From Endomicrobiales bacterium (GTDB lineage Bacteria; Elusimicrobiota; Endomicrobiia; Endomicrobiales; JALOBY01): DNA of 64,000 bases. This document shows, in pieces, positions 1 to 9,578 of the stretch. Numbering within the stretch: the stretch's first letter is position 1; each line of letters starts with the position of its first letter. Location: positions 60,632 through 124,631 of the forward strand of contig CAWCNJ010000007.1 in NCBI GenBank assembly GCA_963796955.1, written 5' to 3'. The position numbers and the translations under genes were made by a program. The notes beneath the pieces are model-generated. The model saw only the letters and a program-made list of their open reading frames with translations. It was not told where the DNA came from and searched no databases.

Positions 1-1
1 G

Positions 2-1852
2 GCTCAGCGCAGCATGTCAAAGGCCCGCATAAATGCACTGGGTGAATTCACTGACGGTATAAGCAGTATCGATGAAGCTGTTGCCTTGGCTAAGCCAGCC
101 ATGCCCATGGCCGCGATAAAACCTGTTACCGTAGACCTGAAGCATGTGCTTACCAAGAGTCGCGAGCTTGCGCCCCTGTATAAGGCGGCGATCACCGCGC
201 AAACAAGGTACAATGCTGTCGTTGGTGATAAGCCGGTAACGCCTGAACAGATAAGTAAAGCTAAAGCCGAATGGGAAGCCGCTGAGAAGGCGAAAGATCC
301 GAAAGCAGATAGCCTGAAGGCGGAATTCAAGAACTTGGAACTTACATTTACCACACAACAAGCGGTTAATACGGAATATAAGAATGCCGTTGATGCCTAT
401 TACGCCGCGAGGAATAAGTACCAGAACGCGACCGAAGCGCCGGCCATCGATGTTGCTGCGGCACCGGCTCCCACGGTGGCGGAGCCGGCTGTGACTCCTG
501 TAGTGGCCGCATCACGCGTACCTTCCGCCAAGCTTAAAGCTTCCATTGAAGATCAAATGGCTGCCAGATCCAATAAAGCTCCGAAAGCGAAAGTCGCGAC
601 AGCTGAAAAGCCTTCCGTAGCGCCGGTCCAAGCCGTTGCCGCAGCAGCTCCCTCTGCCGCCCAGGCTATAACCCGCACTGTCGCTGCCTCCGGATTGACG
701 GCCACAGTGGCACAACAACTTGCAGCCAAATCTAAGTCTGCCGACAAAGCTGCACCGGCGCCGGTCATCCTTGCTTCGAACAGGCATGCTGCCGCCCCTG
801 TCGCTCAGGCGGAACCACCGGTCACTTCAGCATCCCCGGCGTTATTGCCCGCGTCTGAGGCGTCGCCGTTAACAGCCACTATCGCCGAGCAACTGTCGGC
901 AAAGGCTCCCCAGAAAGGTTTGATCACAACAAAAGGAAGATCTGCAAAGAAGTCCCAGTCAGAACTTGCCGTTCATAATCTTGGGCTTGAAGCTGAGCGT
1001 GTGATGGTTGGTCCTCTGCCTGGTATTCCCGATCTGACCGGCCTTGCCACCGTTGCGGCGAAAGAAATTGAAACGCGGGCAGGGCGTCTCTTGGAAGACC
1101 GCGTGAATAAGGCCGTTGTTGACCGGCTTGTAAAACATGTTGAAGAATTGGTTACCGCTAAAAACGGTATTGCCGGCGAACCGTTCACCGATCCCGCCGT
1201 TGGCACAGGGTATTCGTTCCCTAAGAACGACAAGTGGGAAATGTTCGCTTTTGATATGACAATGCTTGCGGGAGGCGAAGACAATGTTCCCGCGAAGATC
1301 GAATCAATTGTGAGCAAGCACGCTCTTGCGGAAAAGTTATTATTCGCGTTTGGCGAAAATGATGAAAAGAATTCTATAAGCGCTCATTTTGCTACAAGAT
1401 CTTTAACGGTCGGCGAAGCAACACACACCTATCTGATCATAGTTCGTGAGTCAGTTGACCCCATCGGTCCGGCAAATTACGAAGCGGTTGCAAAGATCCA
1501 GGAAAAACTGTGGTCCGGAAAAGTAATCGATACTAAATTCGGCAACTCTCCTTTCTGGATGGCGAACTATGGAGTGTTGAAAGACGGGCGCGTCGTTCTG
1601 GTAAATCCGGATGTTCTTGCACAGATCGATCCTGTCGCCAACGGCCAGGGGAATGTCCCGCTGCCCAGCCTGATACCGATGAACCCGGAAATAGCCGGTT
1701 TGGCGCAAGGTCCCAACTACAATGTTTTCGGTCGCGGCGACATGCACCGTGATCCGCTTGGTGATGCGGCCAGAAGAGCCGCGAAATACTTTACCGGCGA
1801 CCAGGGTTCAGATAAGAACAATCTGAACAGGATGTTCAAACTTGCCGCATAA
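2..1852 (+). CDS. Large hypothetical protein, 5'-truncated by the window edge; Ala/Pro-rich linker followed by a globular C-terminal region ending ...MFKLAA
   Basis: 612-aa ORF from 14; the frame is open back to the window start (GCT CAG CGC AGC ATG); long low-complexity A/P/V/K segment; followed by a terminator. Confidence 0.75.
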   Translation, partial: AQRSMSKARINALGEFTDGISSIDEAVALAKPAMPMAAIKPVTVDLKHVLTKSRELAPLYKAAITAQTRYNAVVGDKPVTPEQISKAKAEWEAAEKAKDPKADSLKAEFKNLELTFTTQQAVNTEYKNAVDAYYAARNKYQNATEAPAIDVAAAPAPTVAEPAVTPVVAASRVPSAKLKASIEDQMAARSNKAPKAKVATAEKPSVAPVQAVAAAAPSAAQAITRTVAASGLTATVAQQLAAKSKSADKAAPAPVILASNRHAAAPVAQAEPPVTSASPALLPASEASPLTATIAEQLSAKAPQKGLITTKGRSAKKSQSELAVHNLGLEAERVMVGPLPGIPDLTGLATVAAKEIETRAGRLLEDRVNKAVVDRLVKHVEELVTAKNGIAGEPFTDPAVGTGYSFPKNDKWEMFAFDMTMLAGGEDNVPAKIESIVSKHALAEKLLFAFGENDEKNSISAHFATRSLTVGEATHTYLIIVRESVDPIGPANYEAVAKIQEKLWSGKVIDTKFGNSPFWMANYGVLKDGRVVLVNPDVLAQIDPVANGQGNVPLPSLIPMNPEIAGLAQGPNYNVFGRGDMHRDPLGDAARRAAKYFTGDQGSDKNNLNRMFKLAA

Positions 1853-1874
1853 GCTTCACTATTCTCAATAATAT

Positions 1875-1920
1875 AAAAAGACCCTGCATCGCGTCCCCCA
1901 CGCTGCATGGGTCTTTTTTT
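1875..1920 (+). terminator. Intrinsic terminator, possibly bidirectional
   Basis: AAAAAGACCC-TGCA..GCGT-ccccc-ACGC-TGCA-t-GGGTCTTTTTTT: bulged GC stem with A-run before and T-run after. Confidence 0.8.
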
Positions 1921-1929
1921 GTCTTATTA

Positions 1930-1958
1930 TTGAATTCTTTCTGAAAATTCAGTATAAT
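1930..1958 (+). promoter_or_regulatory. Sigma70-type promoter of tRNA-Thr
   Basis: TTGAAT (1930-1935), 17-nt spacer, TATAAT (1953-1958), just upstream of the tRNA. Confidence 0.7.
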
Positions 1959-1975
1959 CACGCATATGCATTTGT

Positions 1976-2047
1976 GCCGGCGTAGCTCAGCGGTAGAGCA
2001 ATCGCTTCGTAAGCGATGGGTCGGAGGTTCAATCCCTCTCGCCGGCT
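1976..2047 (+). tRNA. tRNA-Thr (anticodon CGT), CCA not encoded
   Basis: GCCGGCG/CGCCGGC acceptor stem, D arm TAGCTCAGCGGTAGAGC, anticodon arm ATCGC-TT-CGT-AA-GCGAT, T loop GGTTCAATCC. Confidence 0.95.
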
Positions 2048-2058
2048 ATTTAACTTCA

Positions 2059-2086
2059 GGCAATTGGCAATGGGCGATGGGCAATA
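2059..2086. repeat. Heptamer tandem repeat (4 x GGCRATN)
   Basis: GGCAATT GGCAATG GGCGATG GGCAATA. Confidence 0.6.
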
Positions 2087-2119
2087 GTAATGCCTCTACC
2101 CGGTATCTTTAGGATGATC

Positions 2120-3109
2120 ATGAAACGATTTATGCTTGCGTTGTTGCTGCTTGCCCCTCAATGTGCGTTCGCTGCGACCCCCGGTACTACTATCTTTGAT
2201 TTCCTTAAACTGCAACCGTCCACGCGCTCCGCGGGGGCCGGCCAGACCGACGGGCTGCTCGGCTATAATTCTTCCCTGTCCAACCCCGCCATGATGTCGC
2301 GTCTGAAATATGAATCAATGTCCGCCAACTATATGGCTTTTTATTCTGATGCCGGTTACAGCTACAGCACGCTCAGCTATATAAAGCCGGACAATGATTC
2401 CGCCTGGGGCCTGAACGCGGGCTACATGGGCGCTAACGGCATCATTAAAACGTTCTACGATCCAAATTCAATAGATAATTTTTCGACGAACGGGACTTTC
2501 AGCGCCTACGATCTGATGCTGGATTATGCCTACAGCAAAACGCTGAGCGAGACATTTTCTTACGGCGCCGACGTGCGCTTTGCGCGGGAAGATATTAACG
2601 CGTCAAGCTATAACGGCATCATGGCCGGCCTCAGCGGGTTCTATTATGCGCCCGACAGCAATATTCAGGTGGGTTTTGGCGTTCAAAATATCGGGCCCAG
2701 CGTCAGCGGTTATTCGCTGCCCGCCAACACCTTCCTTTCGCTGGGCGGCTATATCGATGTGAACCTGTTCTTTATACTGGAAGGTATTGCCTACAACGAT
2801 CAAAACTCCGACATACGCGCCGGTTTTGAATATGCGTTCAACGATGTATTTTGCCTGCGCGGCGGCTACGCTTCTCCTTTAACGGATCAGCAGCACGGCA
2901 GCGGCGCAGACAAGCTTACCGCGGGTTTTGGTATACGCATAGGGCCGTCGTACACATTCGATTACGCCTGGCTGCCCTACGGCGATCTGGGCACACAGCA
3001 TCGCATCGGTGTTTCGTATGAATTCAACACGGAAAATCAGGATGAAAAAAAACGCAGGCGCCTGAACCCGGAATTTGAAAAGAAACTAAAGTCCGTCAGT
3101 GATTTTTAA
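2120..3109 (+). CDS. PorV/PorQ-family outer-membrane beta-barrel protein
   Basis: Signal peptide MKRFMLALLLLAPQCAFA; DFLKLQPSTRSAG and NPA N-terminal motifs; amphipathic beta strands; C-terminal FDYAWLPYGDLGTQHRIGVSYEF. Confidence 0.75.
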   Translation: MKRFMLALLLLAPQCAFAATPGTTIFDFLKLQPSTRSAGAGQTDGLLGYNSSLSNPAMMSRLKYESMSANYMAFYSDAGYSYSTLSYIKPDNDSAWGLNAGYMGANGIIKTFYDPNSIDNFSTNGTFSAYDLMLDYAYSKTLSETFSYGADVRFAREDINASSYNGIMAGLSGFYYAPDSNIQVGFGVQNIGPSVSGYSLPANTFLSLGGYIDVNLFFILEGIAYNDQNSDIRAGFEYAFNDVFCLRGGYASPLTDQQHGSGADKLTAGFGIRIGPSYTFDYAWLPYGDLGTQHRIGVSYEFNTENQDEKKRRRLNPEFEKKLKSVSDF

Positions 3110-3111
3110 TA

Positions 3112-4101
3112 ATGTATTATACGGATAAGCTTCAACAGCTGGTAAAACTGTTCGGTACCACGGAGCTCTCCATCCAGCCGGATTCCCTTACCGTTAAGGG
3201 TGTAACATATCCGGTTATCGACGATGTCATAATTTTATCTACGGAAGCCGAATATACTCCTTTCACAAGAAAACGGCTGGCAGCCGGCCCTTCCACCGGC
3301 ACGGCCGACATCGCCCTGGATATTCAGGCGACCTTCGGCGCGGAATGGCGAGAATATTCGGGGATATTACCGGAACACCGTACAGAGTTCTCACAATATT
3401 TCGATATCGTGGATATGCCGGCCCTGAAAGATGCAACGGTGCTGGACGTGGGTTGCGGCAGCGGCAGGTGGAGTTATTTTCTTAAGGACGCATGCCGCCG
3501 GCTGGTGCTGACCGATTTTTCCGACGCGATATTTGTGGCTCGCGAAAACCTGCGCGGTAACACTGACGCGCTGTTTTTTATGTGCGACCTGCGCAAACTG
3601 CCTTTTGCGGATAACAGCGTAGATTTCTTGATGTGCCTGGGCGTGCTGCACCATCTGCCGGTGCCGTGCCTTGATGAGGTGCGAAAATTTAAACGTTTTG
3701 CGCCTAAAAATCTGATATTTTTGTATTATGCCCTGGATAACCGGCCTTTTTATTTCAGGGTTATTCTTTCGCTGGTCACCGTGGTGCGCACGCTGTTGAG
3801 CACGGTCACCGCGCCGCGGCTGCGCAGGGTACTGTCTGTGGCCGGCGCCGTGGGATTATATATGCCGCTGGTAACCCTTGGGCGGGCGGCCGACCTGGTG
3901 TCTCTTGGAAAATACGTGCCGTTATATGAATTTTACCGCGGAAAAAGTCTGGCCCGTATCGAACAGGATGTGTACGACAGATTTTTTACCCGCATTGAAC
4001 AGCGAGTCTCTAGAGAGGAAATACTGACGCTGGAAGATACGTATTCCCGCGTCACGGTTGCCGAAACAATTCCATATTATCATTTTGTCTGTGAAAGGTG
4101 A
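3112..4101 (+). CDS. Class I SAM-dependent methyltransferase
   Basis: VLDVGCGSGRW motif I; DLRKLPFADNSVD; GVLHHLP. Confidence 0.85.
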   Translation: MYYTDKLQQLVKLFGTTELSIQPDSLTVKGVTYPVIDDVIILSTEAEYTPFTRKRLAAGPSTGTADIALDIQATFGAEWREYSGILPEHRTEFSQYFDIVDMPALKDATVLDVGCGSGRWSYFLKDACRRLVLTDFSDAIFVARENLRGNTDALFFMCDLRKLPFADNSVDFLMCLGVLHHLPVPCLDEVRKFKRFAPKNLIFLYYALDNRPFYFRVILSLVTVVRTLLSTVTAPRLRRVLSVAGAVGLYMPLVTLGRAADLVSLGKYVPLYEFYRGKSLARIEQDVYDRFFTRIEQRVSREEILTLEDTYSRVTVAETIPYYHFVCER

Positions 4102-4109
4102 GGGAAACA

Positions 4110-6368
4110 ATGAGTGAAGCTATAGATTCATTAAGCCGGGAAATAATGCGCTGGACGGAAAAGATAATCACCTGGGGCCTGCCCCTGTTCTATTTTGTCG
4201 TTTCGATAGCGTTCTACCTTAAGACCTATGATTCAGCGCAGATAAAAATAACGCTGGTGCAGATCGGCGGCGCGGTGCTGCTGGGCGCCTGGCTGGTAAA
4301 GCTTGTGGAAGAGGAAGCAACTGATTATTTCAAGAAGAATCTGGTGCTGGTGCTGCCGTTGCTCGCCTTCCTTATCTCGGGCATTTATTCCTGGTCGCAT
4401 TCTCCCTTTGAGTACGCCAGTTCCAATGAGCTGGTCCGCAGGGTCGTCTATATAAGCCTTGCCCTTATCAGTATGAAAGAAGTGAACAGCGAGGAAAAAT
4501 TTCGCCGCGTGTTCGGCTGGTTGTTCGCGGCCTGTTTCGTGGCTTGTTTCTACGGCGTTATTCAGCACCTTGACTGGCTGTATTTTCCGCCGCCGCCTGA
4601 GCAAGGGCTGGACCCTTTCATCTGGCGCGGCGCCTTCGCCGCCAGGGTCTTCTCGACGTTCGGCAACCCCAATTTCTTCGGCGATTTCCTTGTTGTTCTT
4701 AACCCGCTATTGCTCGCCATGTATCTGGCCCGGCGCAAAAAATGGATACTCGGCCTGTGGTTGATGCTTTCCGCCAACGTGATCTGGACCGCCTCAAAAG
4801 GCGCCTGGCTCGGCTATGCGGTGGGCATACTCGCTTTTGTTTTCTTCGCCGTGGCATTTTTTGTGCACGCGAACAAGGCCAAGGTACGGAAGGTGCTCTG
4901 GGTGCTGGCGATCGGCACTATGATGGTCGTATCGGTGGGCATGTATAAGAACCTGGCAGGACGCACCGACAGCGCATCTTTCCGTATATTTACCTGGCTT
5001 TCCACCTGGGAGATGATCAACACCCATCCCGTGATCGGCACCGGGATCGGTTCTTTTTATGTGACATACCCTGCCTGGCGCAGGCCGCAGATATTTTTCA
5101 TTGAAGGCCGCCATAACACCGAGACAGACCACCCGGAAGACGAATACCTGGAAGTGTGGTACGACGAAGGCTTCATCGGAATGGGTATCTTTCTGTGGTT
5201 AATAGGTGTGTTTTTGACCCTGGGCGTGCGCAATCTTAAAGCCTTCAGCGAAAACGTTACTGAGAAGAATAAAGTGGATCCGCGGGCGTATTACCAGCTG
5301 GGGGTGCTTTCGGCCTTGATCGCGCAGCTGGCGCACAACTTCGTCTGTGTATCTTTGCGCTTTGTGTCGGCCGGAATATTCCTGTGGCTTATGATAGGTC
5401 TTGCCGGTTCTCTGGCTGTTAACCTGCCGATGCCCAAGGACTCTCTTGAACCGGCCGCGCCGCCGAAAAAATGGCCCCTGCCGTTAAAGCGCCTTCTGCA
5501 GGGCGGTATAATATTGGCGGCACTGTACTTTATCAAGATCTTCTACGGCTATTTTGATGCCGACGTTAACCACAATCTGGCGATATTTTTTTCCAAGCAG
5601 GGCCAGTGGACGGAAGCGCTTAACCACTACGATACCGTCGCGAAAGAAAATCCGTCTTTCATTATGGCGCATTATTTTATGGGGAATGTGTATAACGACC
5701 GTTGGCAGCCCGGCGACGCCGCGCTCTCCATCGGCAAATACCAGGATGTGTGGAAGCTGGCCCCGAATTACGTGCAGTCCCACCACCAGGCCGGCCTTAT
5801 TTATGTTAAATGGGCTGAAGATGAAAAACGCCAGATCGGCGAGTGCCAGGCTAAAGGCGACAAAGCGGGCGTTGCGGCCCATACTGAAAAACTTAAAGAC
5901 CTGTGGGCGAAGGCGCTCAGGGAGTTTGAATTGTACCGCATGGTAGACCCCATATTCCCGGTAAATTACTATCGTATGGCGATGATCTACATGGAAATGG
6001 GCGACTACAAAAAAGCGGAAGAGACGTACCTGGAACATATCAATTACCCGGAGAACTTGAAGAAAGCCCCGCATAACGCCTGGGTGGAAGATTGGGGTGT
6101 ACGCCGCAGCAATGAATATTCTGATACGTATGGGTATCTCGGCTACCTTGCCGCCAGCCAGAACAACATGCAAAAGGCGGAAGGCTATTACCTTAAGGCC
6201 GTTGAGCTTAACCCCGTCAATATCAACGTCCTTAAAAATCTGGCGGTCCTCTACGGGCGTTCCGGCCGCATGGACAAGGCTGTGCCGATATGGCAAAAAC
6301 TGTACGCTATAGCGCCCCGGGACCCCGATGTTCAGCGGGTATTCCAGCAGCAGGCGCCAAAAAAATAA
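4110..6368 (+). CDS. O-antigen ligase (Wzy_C)-family membrane protein with C-terminal TPR repeats (paralog 1)
   Basis: Multiple TM helices; STFGNPNFFG, TASKGAWLG, HPVIGTGIGSF motifs; TPR-like C-terminus; alternative GTG start at 4098. Confidence 0.8.
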   Translation: MSEAIDSLSREIMRWTEKIITWGLPLFYFVVSIAFYLKTYDSAQIKITLVQIGGAVLLGAWLVKLVEEEATDYFKKNLVLVLPLLAFLISGIYSWSHSPFEYASSNELVRRVVYISLALISMKEVNSEEKFRRVFGWLFAACFVACFYGVIQHLDWLYFPPPPEQGLDPFIWRGAFAARVFSTFGNPNFFGDFLVVLNPLLLAMYLARRKKWILGLWLMLSANVIWTASKGAWLGYAVGILAFVFFAVAFFVHANKAKVRKVLWVLAIGTMMVVSVGMYKNLAGRTDSASFRIFTWLSTWEMINTHPVIGTGIGSFYVTYPAWRRPQIFFIEGRHNTETDHPEDEYLEVWYDEGFIGMGIFLWLIGVFLTLGVRNLKAFSENVTEKNKVDPRAYYQLGVLSALIAQLAHNFVCVSLRFVSAGIFLWLMIGLAGSLAVNLPMPKDSLEPAAPPKKWPLPLKRLLQGGIILAALYFIKIFYGYFDADVNHNLAIFFSKQGQWTEALNHYDTVAKENPSFIMAHYFMGNVYNDRWQPGDAALSIGKYQDVWKLAPNYVQSHHQAGLIYVKWAEDEKRQIGECQAKGDKAGVAAHTEKLKDLWAKALREFELYRMVDPIFPVNYYRMAMIYMEMGDYKKAEETYLEHINYPENLKKAPHNAWVEDWGVRRSNEYSDTYGYLGYLAASQNNMQKAEGYYLKAVELNPVNINVLKNLAVLYGRSGRMDKAVPIWQKLYAIAPRDPDVQRVFQQQAPKK

Positions 6369-8741
6369 ATGGACAAAATGCTTCCTCTCTTGATACAGTT
6401 CATCTTATTCGTGCCGACGATCGTATTTTTTACGGACGTTACACGCAATCCCTATTTTTTTCAAATAGTGTTGTTGAATTCCTGCACCGTGTTATTGTGC
6501 ATGCTCTGGCTCTGGCAGGGCCGTTCTAAGGGTGAACTGCTGGTAAAACGCACGCCGGTGGACCTGCCGCTCTGGCTCTTTTTCGCGGTAGCGACCTTAT
6601 CGTGGGCGGTGGCTTTGGGAACGGACTACGGCGAATCGTACATTCGTTACTCGGTTTACAGCGAAGGCCTTAAACGCTGGCTCTACACCCTGGTTAACTG
6701 CATACTCCCCATGTACGCGGCCGTGCACTTCAGCGACGATAATACCCGTCCGCGTTATTACAATGCTATATTCCTCGCCACGTTTGTCGCAGCTGGTTAC
6801 GCGCTGCTGCAGTATATGGGTATCGAGCCCATCTGGCCGAAAGTGCTGAATCCATTCGGCGGCCGCGCTGTTTCGACATTCGGGAACCCCAACTTTCTCT
6901 CATCCTATCTGGTCATGGTCATTCCCGTGGCCTTCGCGTGTTTCCTGGCGGCTGCCAGGGGCGCCGCACGAAAATGGTATTACCTGCTGGGCATGGTAGC
7001 TTTCGCGGCAGAGCTTTGCACCCTGACACGCTCCAGCTGGCTGGGTCTTGGGGTGGGCCTGGTATTGTTCATTATATTACTGGCGCTCTTTGAACGCGAA
7101 CTGGTCATAAAAAACAAAAAGGTCCTGGTAGCCTCCGTGTCGATCTTTGTCTCGATGGGCATTTTCTTCCCGCAGAGCACGGTGGGCGGTAAAAACCCAA
7201 CTATTTTAGAGCGTCTTACCGAGGCGACGAACGCCACGAAAGAGAAAAAGAATTACGGCTCGGTCAACCAGCGCCAGCTTATCTGGTCGTGCGCCGCCAG
7301 CATGGTACGGGAAAAGCCCATCCTCGGCAAGGGCTGGGGATGTTTTGAACTTTTCTTCCCGTTCTACCAGGGCAAATTCCTGTTCCTGGAGCCCTTCCGC
7401 ATATTCCGCACGCATGCCAATAACGCCCACGACGAACTGCTGGAAGTATGGTCCCAGACAGGTACGCTTGGACTCGGCGTCTATCTATGGTTTTTGGTAT
7501 GCCTTTATTATTACGCCGTTTATTTAATGAAAAACCTGAAGGGCGGGCCGCGGATCATGGTTATCGGCCTTACCGCGGCTATGGCCGGCATGTGGGTGGA
7601 CAATCTTTTGAACGTCTCCCTGCATTTTGCCGTCCCCGGATTTTTGTACTGGTGGTTCATGGGAACGCTGTTGTCCTACGGCCCGCAGCGGGAAAAGAAA
7701 TTGCAGGTCGGCTCAGCCCTGAAAAAGGGAACGATCTTTGTGCTGCTTATCCTCGGCGCGCTGGTTATCGTCAGGTACACCAGAAGCTTCCTTGGCGAGA
7801 TACATTATTTTAACGGCTTTAAACTTTCAAAACAGAACAATGTTGAGGCCGCCATCCCTGAGCTTGAGGCCGCCCATGAATATCAACGTTTCGAAGTGAA
7901 CAATAATTATGAATTGGCGAACTGTTACGCCCGTGCCGGCCAGAGGGATAAAGCGCTGGAGATGTATATGGAATCCCTGCGCGCGAACGCCGGCTATGAT
8001 GAGATCTATTTTAACCTTGCGACGGTGCTGATGCAGAAGGGGCTGGTCGCCAAAGCGATACCGGAATATACGCAGTCCCTGAACATAAACCCTTTGTCGT
8101 GGGACGGCTATAATGCGCTGGGCAGCATCTATATGCAGGACCCGGCAAAGACGGGTAACGCCTGTATCGCGCTTTTTAAACAATACGTCCTGCTGCAGCC
8201 CGAGAACAAGGATATCTGGAACAACCTCGGTTATTTATACACCAAAACCAGCCGCGATGAGCTGGCTATGCAGGCGTATAAAAAAGCGATAGAGATAGAT
8301 CCGGATTTCGAGCTGGCCAGAAAAAATATTGAAGTCACTATGCATCGACTCGGCAAGAGGGATGCGGATTATGACGAGCTTAACGCGATCATTCGCCAGG
8401 CGGAGAAAACGATCGTGGAAAAGAACTGGACGGCGGCCCTGCCGGCCTGCCTTAAATTCGTTCAGCGCTCACCCCGCAGCATTAAAGCCCATTTTTACCT
8501 TGCCAATGTATACTTTACGACCGGCAAATTCCAGGAAGCCGCAGATGAATACGGTGAAGCCCTTAAACTCGATCCGAACAATAACATCATTCGCACGAAT
8601 CTGGGTATGCTCTACGCTCAAATGAAAAAATACCCCGAAGCTGTCCAGGAATTAACCACCGTGGTGCAGCGCGATCCGAATAATACGTTGGCCAAAACAC
8701 GCCTGGAACAGTTGCGCAGTTACATCTCCCAGCCCCACTAG
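6369..8741 (+). CDS. O-antigen ligase (Wzy_C)-family membrane protein with C-terminal TPR repeats (paralog 2)
   Basis: STFGNPNFLS, TLTRSSWLG, KPILGKGWGCF, NAHDELLE motifs; many TPRs (WNNLGYLY, HFYLANVY, NLGMLY). Confidence 0.85.
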   Translation: MDKMLPLLIQFILFVPTIVFFTDVTRNPYFFQIVLLNSCTVLLCMLWLWQGRSKGELLVKRTPVDLPLWLFFAVATLSWAVALGTDYGESYIRYSVYSEGLKRWLYTLVNCILPMYAAVHFSDDNTRPRYYNAIFLATFVAAGYALLQYMGIEPIWPKVLNPFGGRAVSTFGNPNFLSSYLVMVIPVAFACFLAAARGAARKWYYLLGMVAFAAELCTLTRSSWLGLGVGLVLFIILLALFERELVIKNKKVLVASVSIFVSMGIFFPQSTVGGKNPTILERLTEATNATKEKKNYGSVNQRQLIWSCAASMVREKPILGKGWGCFELFFPFYQGKFLFLEPFRIFRTHANNAHDELLEVWSQTGTLGLGVYLWFLVCLYYYAVYLMKNLKGGPRIMVIGLTAAMAGMWVDNLLNVSLHFAVPGFLYWWFMGTLLSYGPQREKKLQVGSALKKGTIFVLLILGALVIVRYTRSFLGEIHYFNGFKLSKQNNVEAAIPELEAAHEYQRFEVNNNYELANCYARAGQRDKALEMYMESLRANAGYDEIYFNLATVLMQKGLVAKAIPEYTQSLNINPLSWDGYNALGSIYMQDPAKTGNACIALFKQYVLLQPENKDIWNNLGYLYTKTSRDELAMQAYKKAIEIDPDFELARKNIEVTMHRLGKRDADYDELNAIIRQAEKTIVEKNWTAALPACLKFVQRSPRSIKAHFYLANVYFTTGKFQEAADEYGEALKLDPNNNIIRTNLGMLYAQMKKYPEAVQELTTVVQRDPNNTLAKTRLEQLRSYISQPH

Positions 8742-8745
8742 CGGT

Positions 8746-8775
8746 TTTACAATAGGACGGATTTTGTGGTACAAT
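8746..8775 (+). promoter_or_regulatory. Sigma70-type promoter with extended -10 upstream of yebC
   Basis: TTTACA (8746-8751), 18 nt, TGg-TACAAT (-10 at 8770-8775); AAAGGAG RBS before ATG 8814. Confidence 0.55.
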
Positions 8776-8813
8776 ATAACCTAATCAGGTTTTCGTAAGA
8801 CAAAGGAGATTTT

Positions 8814-9578
8814 ATGTCCGGGCATTCTAAATGGGCTGGTATTAAACACAAGAAGGCAATAATTGACGCGAAACGCGGTAAGATATTCACTAAGATCGCC
8901 CGCGAAATAGCGATAGCCGCAAAGACCGGCGGCGGCCAGCCGGAACATAACGCACGCTTGCGCAAGGCGATCGAACTTGGCAAAGAAGCGAACATGCCGG
9001 TGGACAATATTAAGCGTGCTGTCCAGCGCGGCACCGGTGAAATACCGGGTGTGATGTATGAAGAACTGCAGTACGAAGGTTACGGACCCGGCGGTTCAGC
9101 GGTAATAGTGGAATTAACGACTGACAATAAGAACCGCACGGCCTCTGATATTCGCAAAGTTTTCTCTTCCCATGGCGGTAACATGGGTGAGACCGGCTGC
9201 GTGGGCTGGATGTTCACCACAAAAGGTTATCTCGCCGTTGAGAAGTCTGTCGCGAGCGAAGATAAGGTAATGACCGTAGCCCTTGATTCCGGCGCCGATG
9301 ATTTTAAGTCTGAAGACGAAGATGTGTATGAAATAATCACTAAGCCGGAAGATTTTGATAAAGTTAAAAAGGCTCTTGAGACCGCGGGCATAGCTATAGC
9401 CTCATCAGAGGTTGCCCCTCAGGCGCAAACCACTATCAGCCTTTCAGGTAAAGGGGCCGAACAGATGCTTGCCCTGATGGACGATCTGGAAAGCCACGAC
9501 GACGTTAAGAACGTGTATTCTAATTTTGACATTTCCAAAGAGGAAATGGAACGCATTGAAAACGCCAACGCAAAGTAA
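8814..9578 (+). CDS. yebC: YebC/PmpR-family protein
   Basis: MSGHSKWAGIKHKK, YEGYGPGG, TDNKNRT, DDVKNVYSN. Confidence 0.95.
   Translation: MSGHSKWAGIKHKKAIIDAKRGKIFTKIAREIAIAAKTGGGQPEHNARLRKAIELGKEANMPVDNIKRAVQRGTGEIPGVMYEELQYEGYGPGGSAVIVELTTDNKNRTASDIRKVFSSHGGNMGETGCVGWMFTTKGYLAVEKSVASEDKVMTVALDSGADDFKSEDEDVYEIITKPEDFDKVKKALETAGIAIASSEVAPQAQTTISLSGKGAEQMLALMDDLESHDDVKNVYSNFDISKEEMERIENANAK

Noticed and set aside
1976..2120. tRNA-Thr as an integration site for an island or prophage
   Set aside because: No duplicated tRNA 3' end, integrase or compositional shift was noticed downstream.
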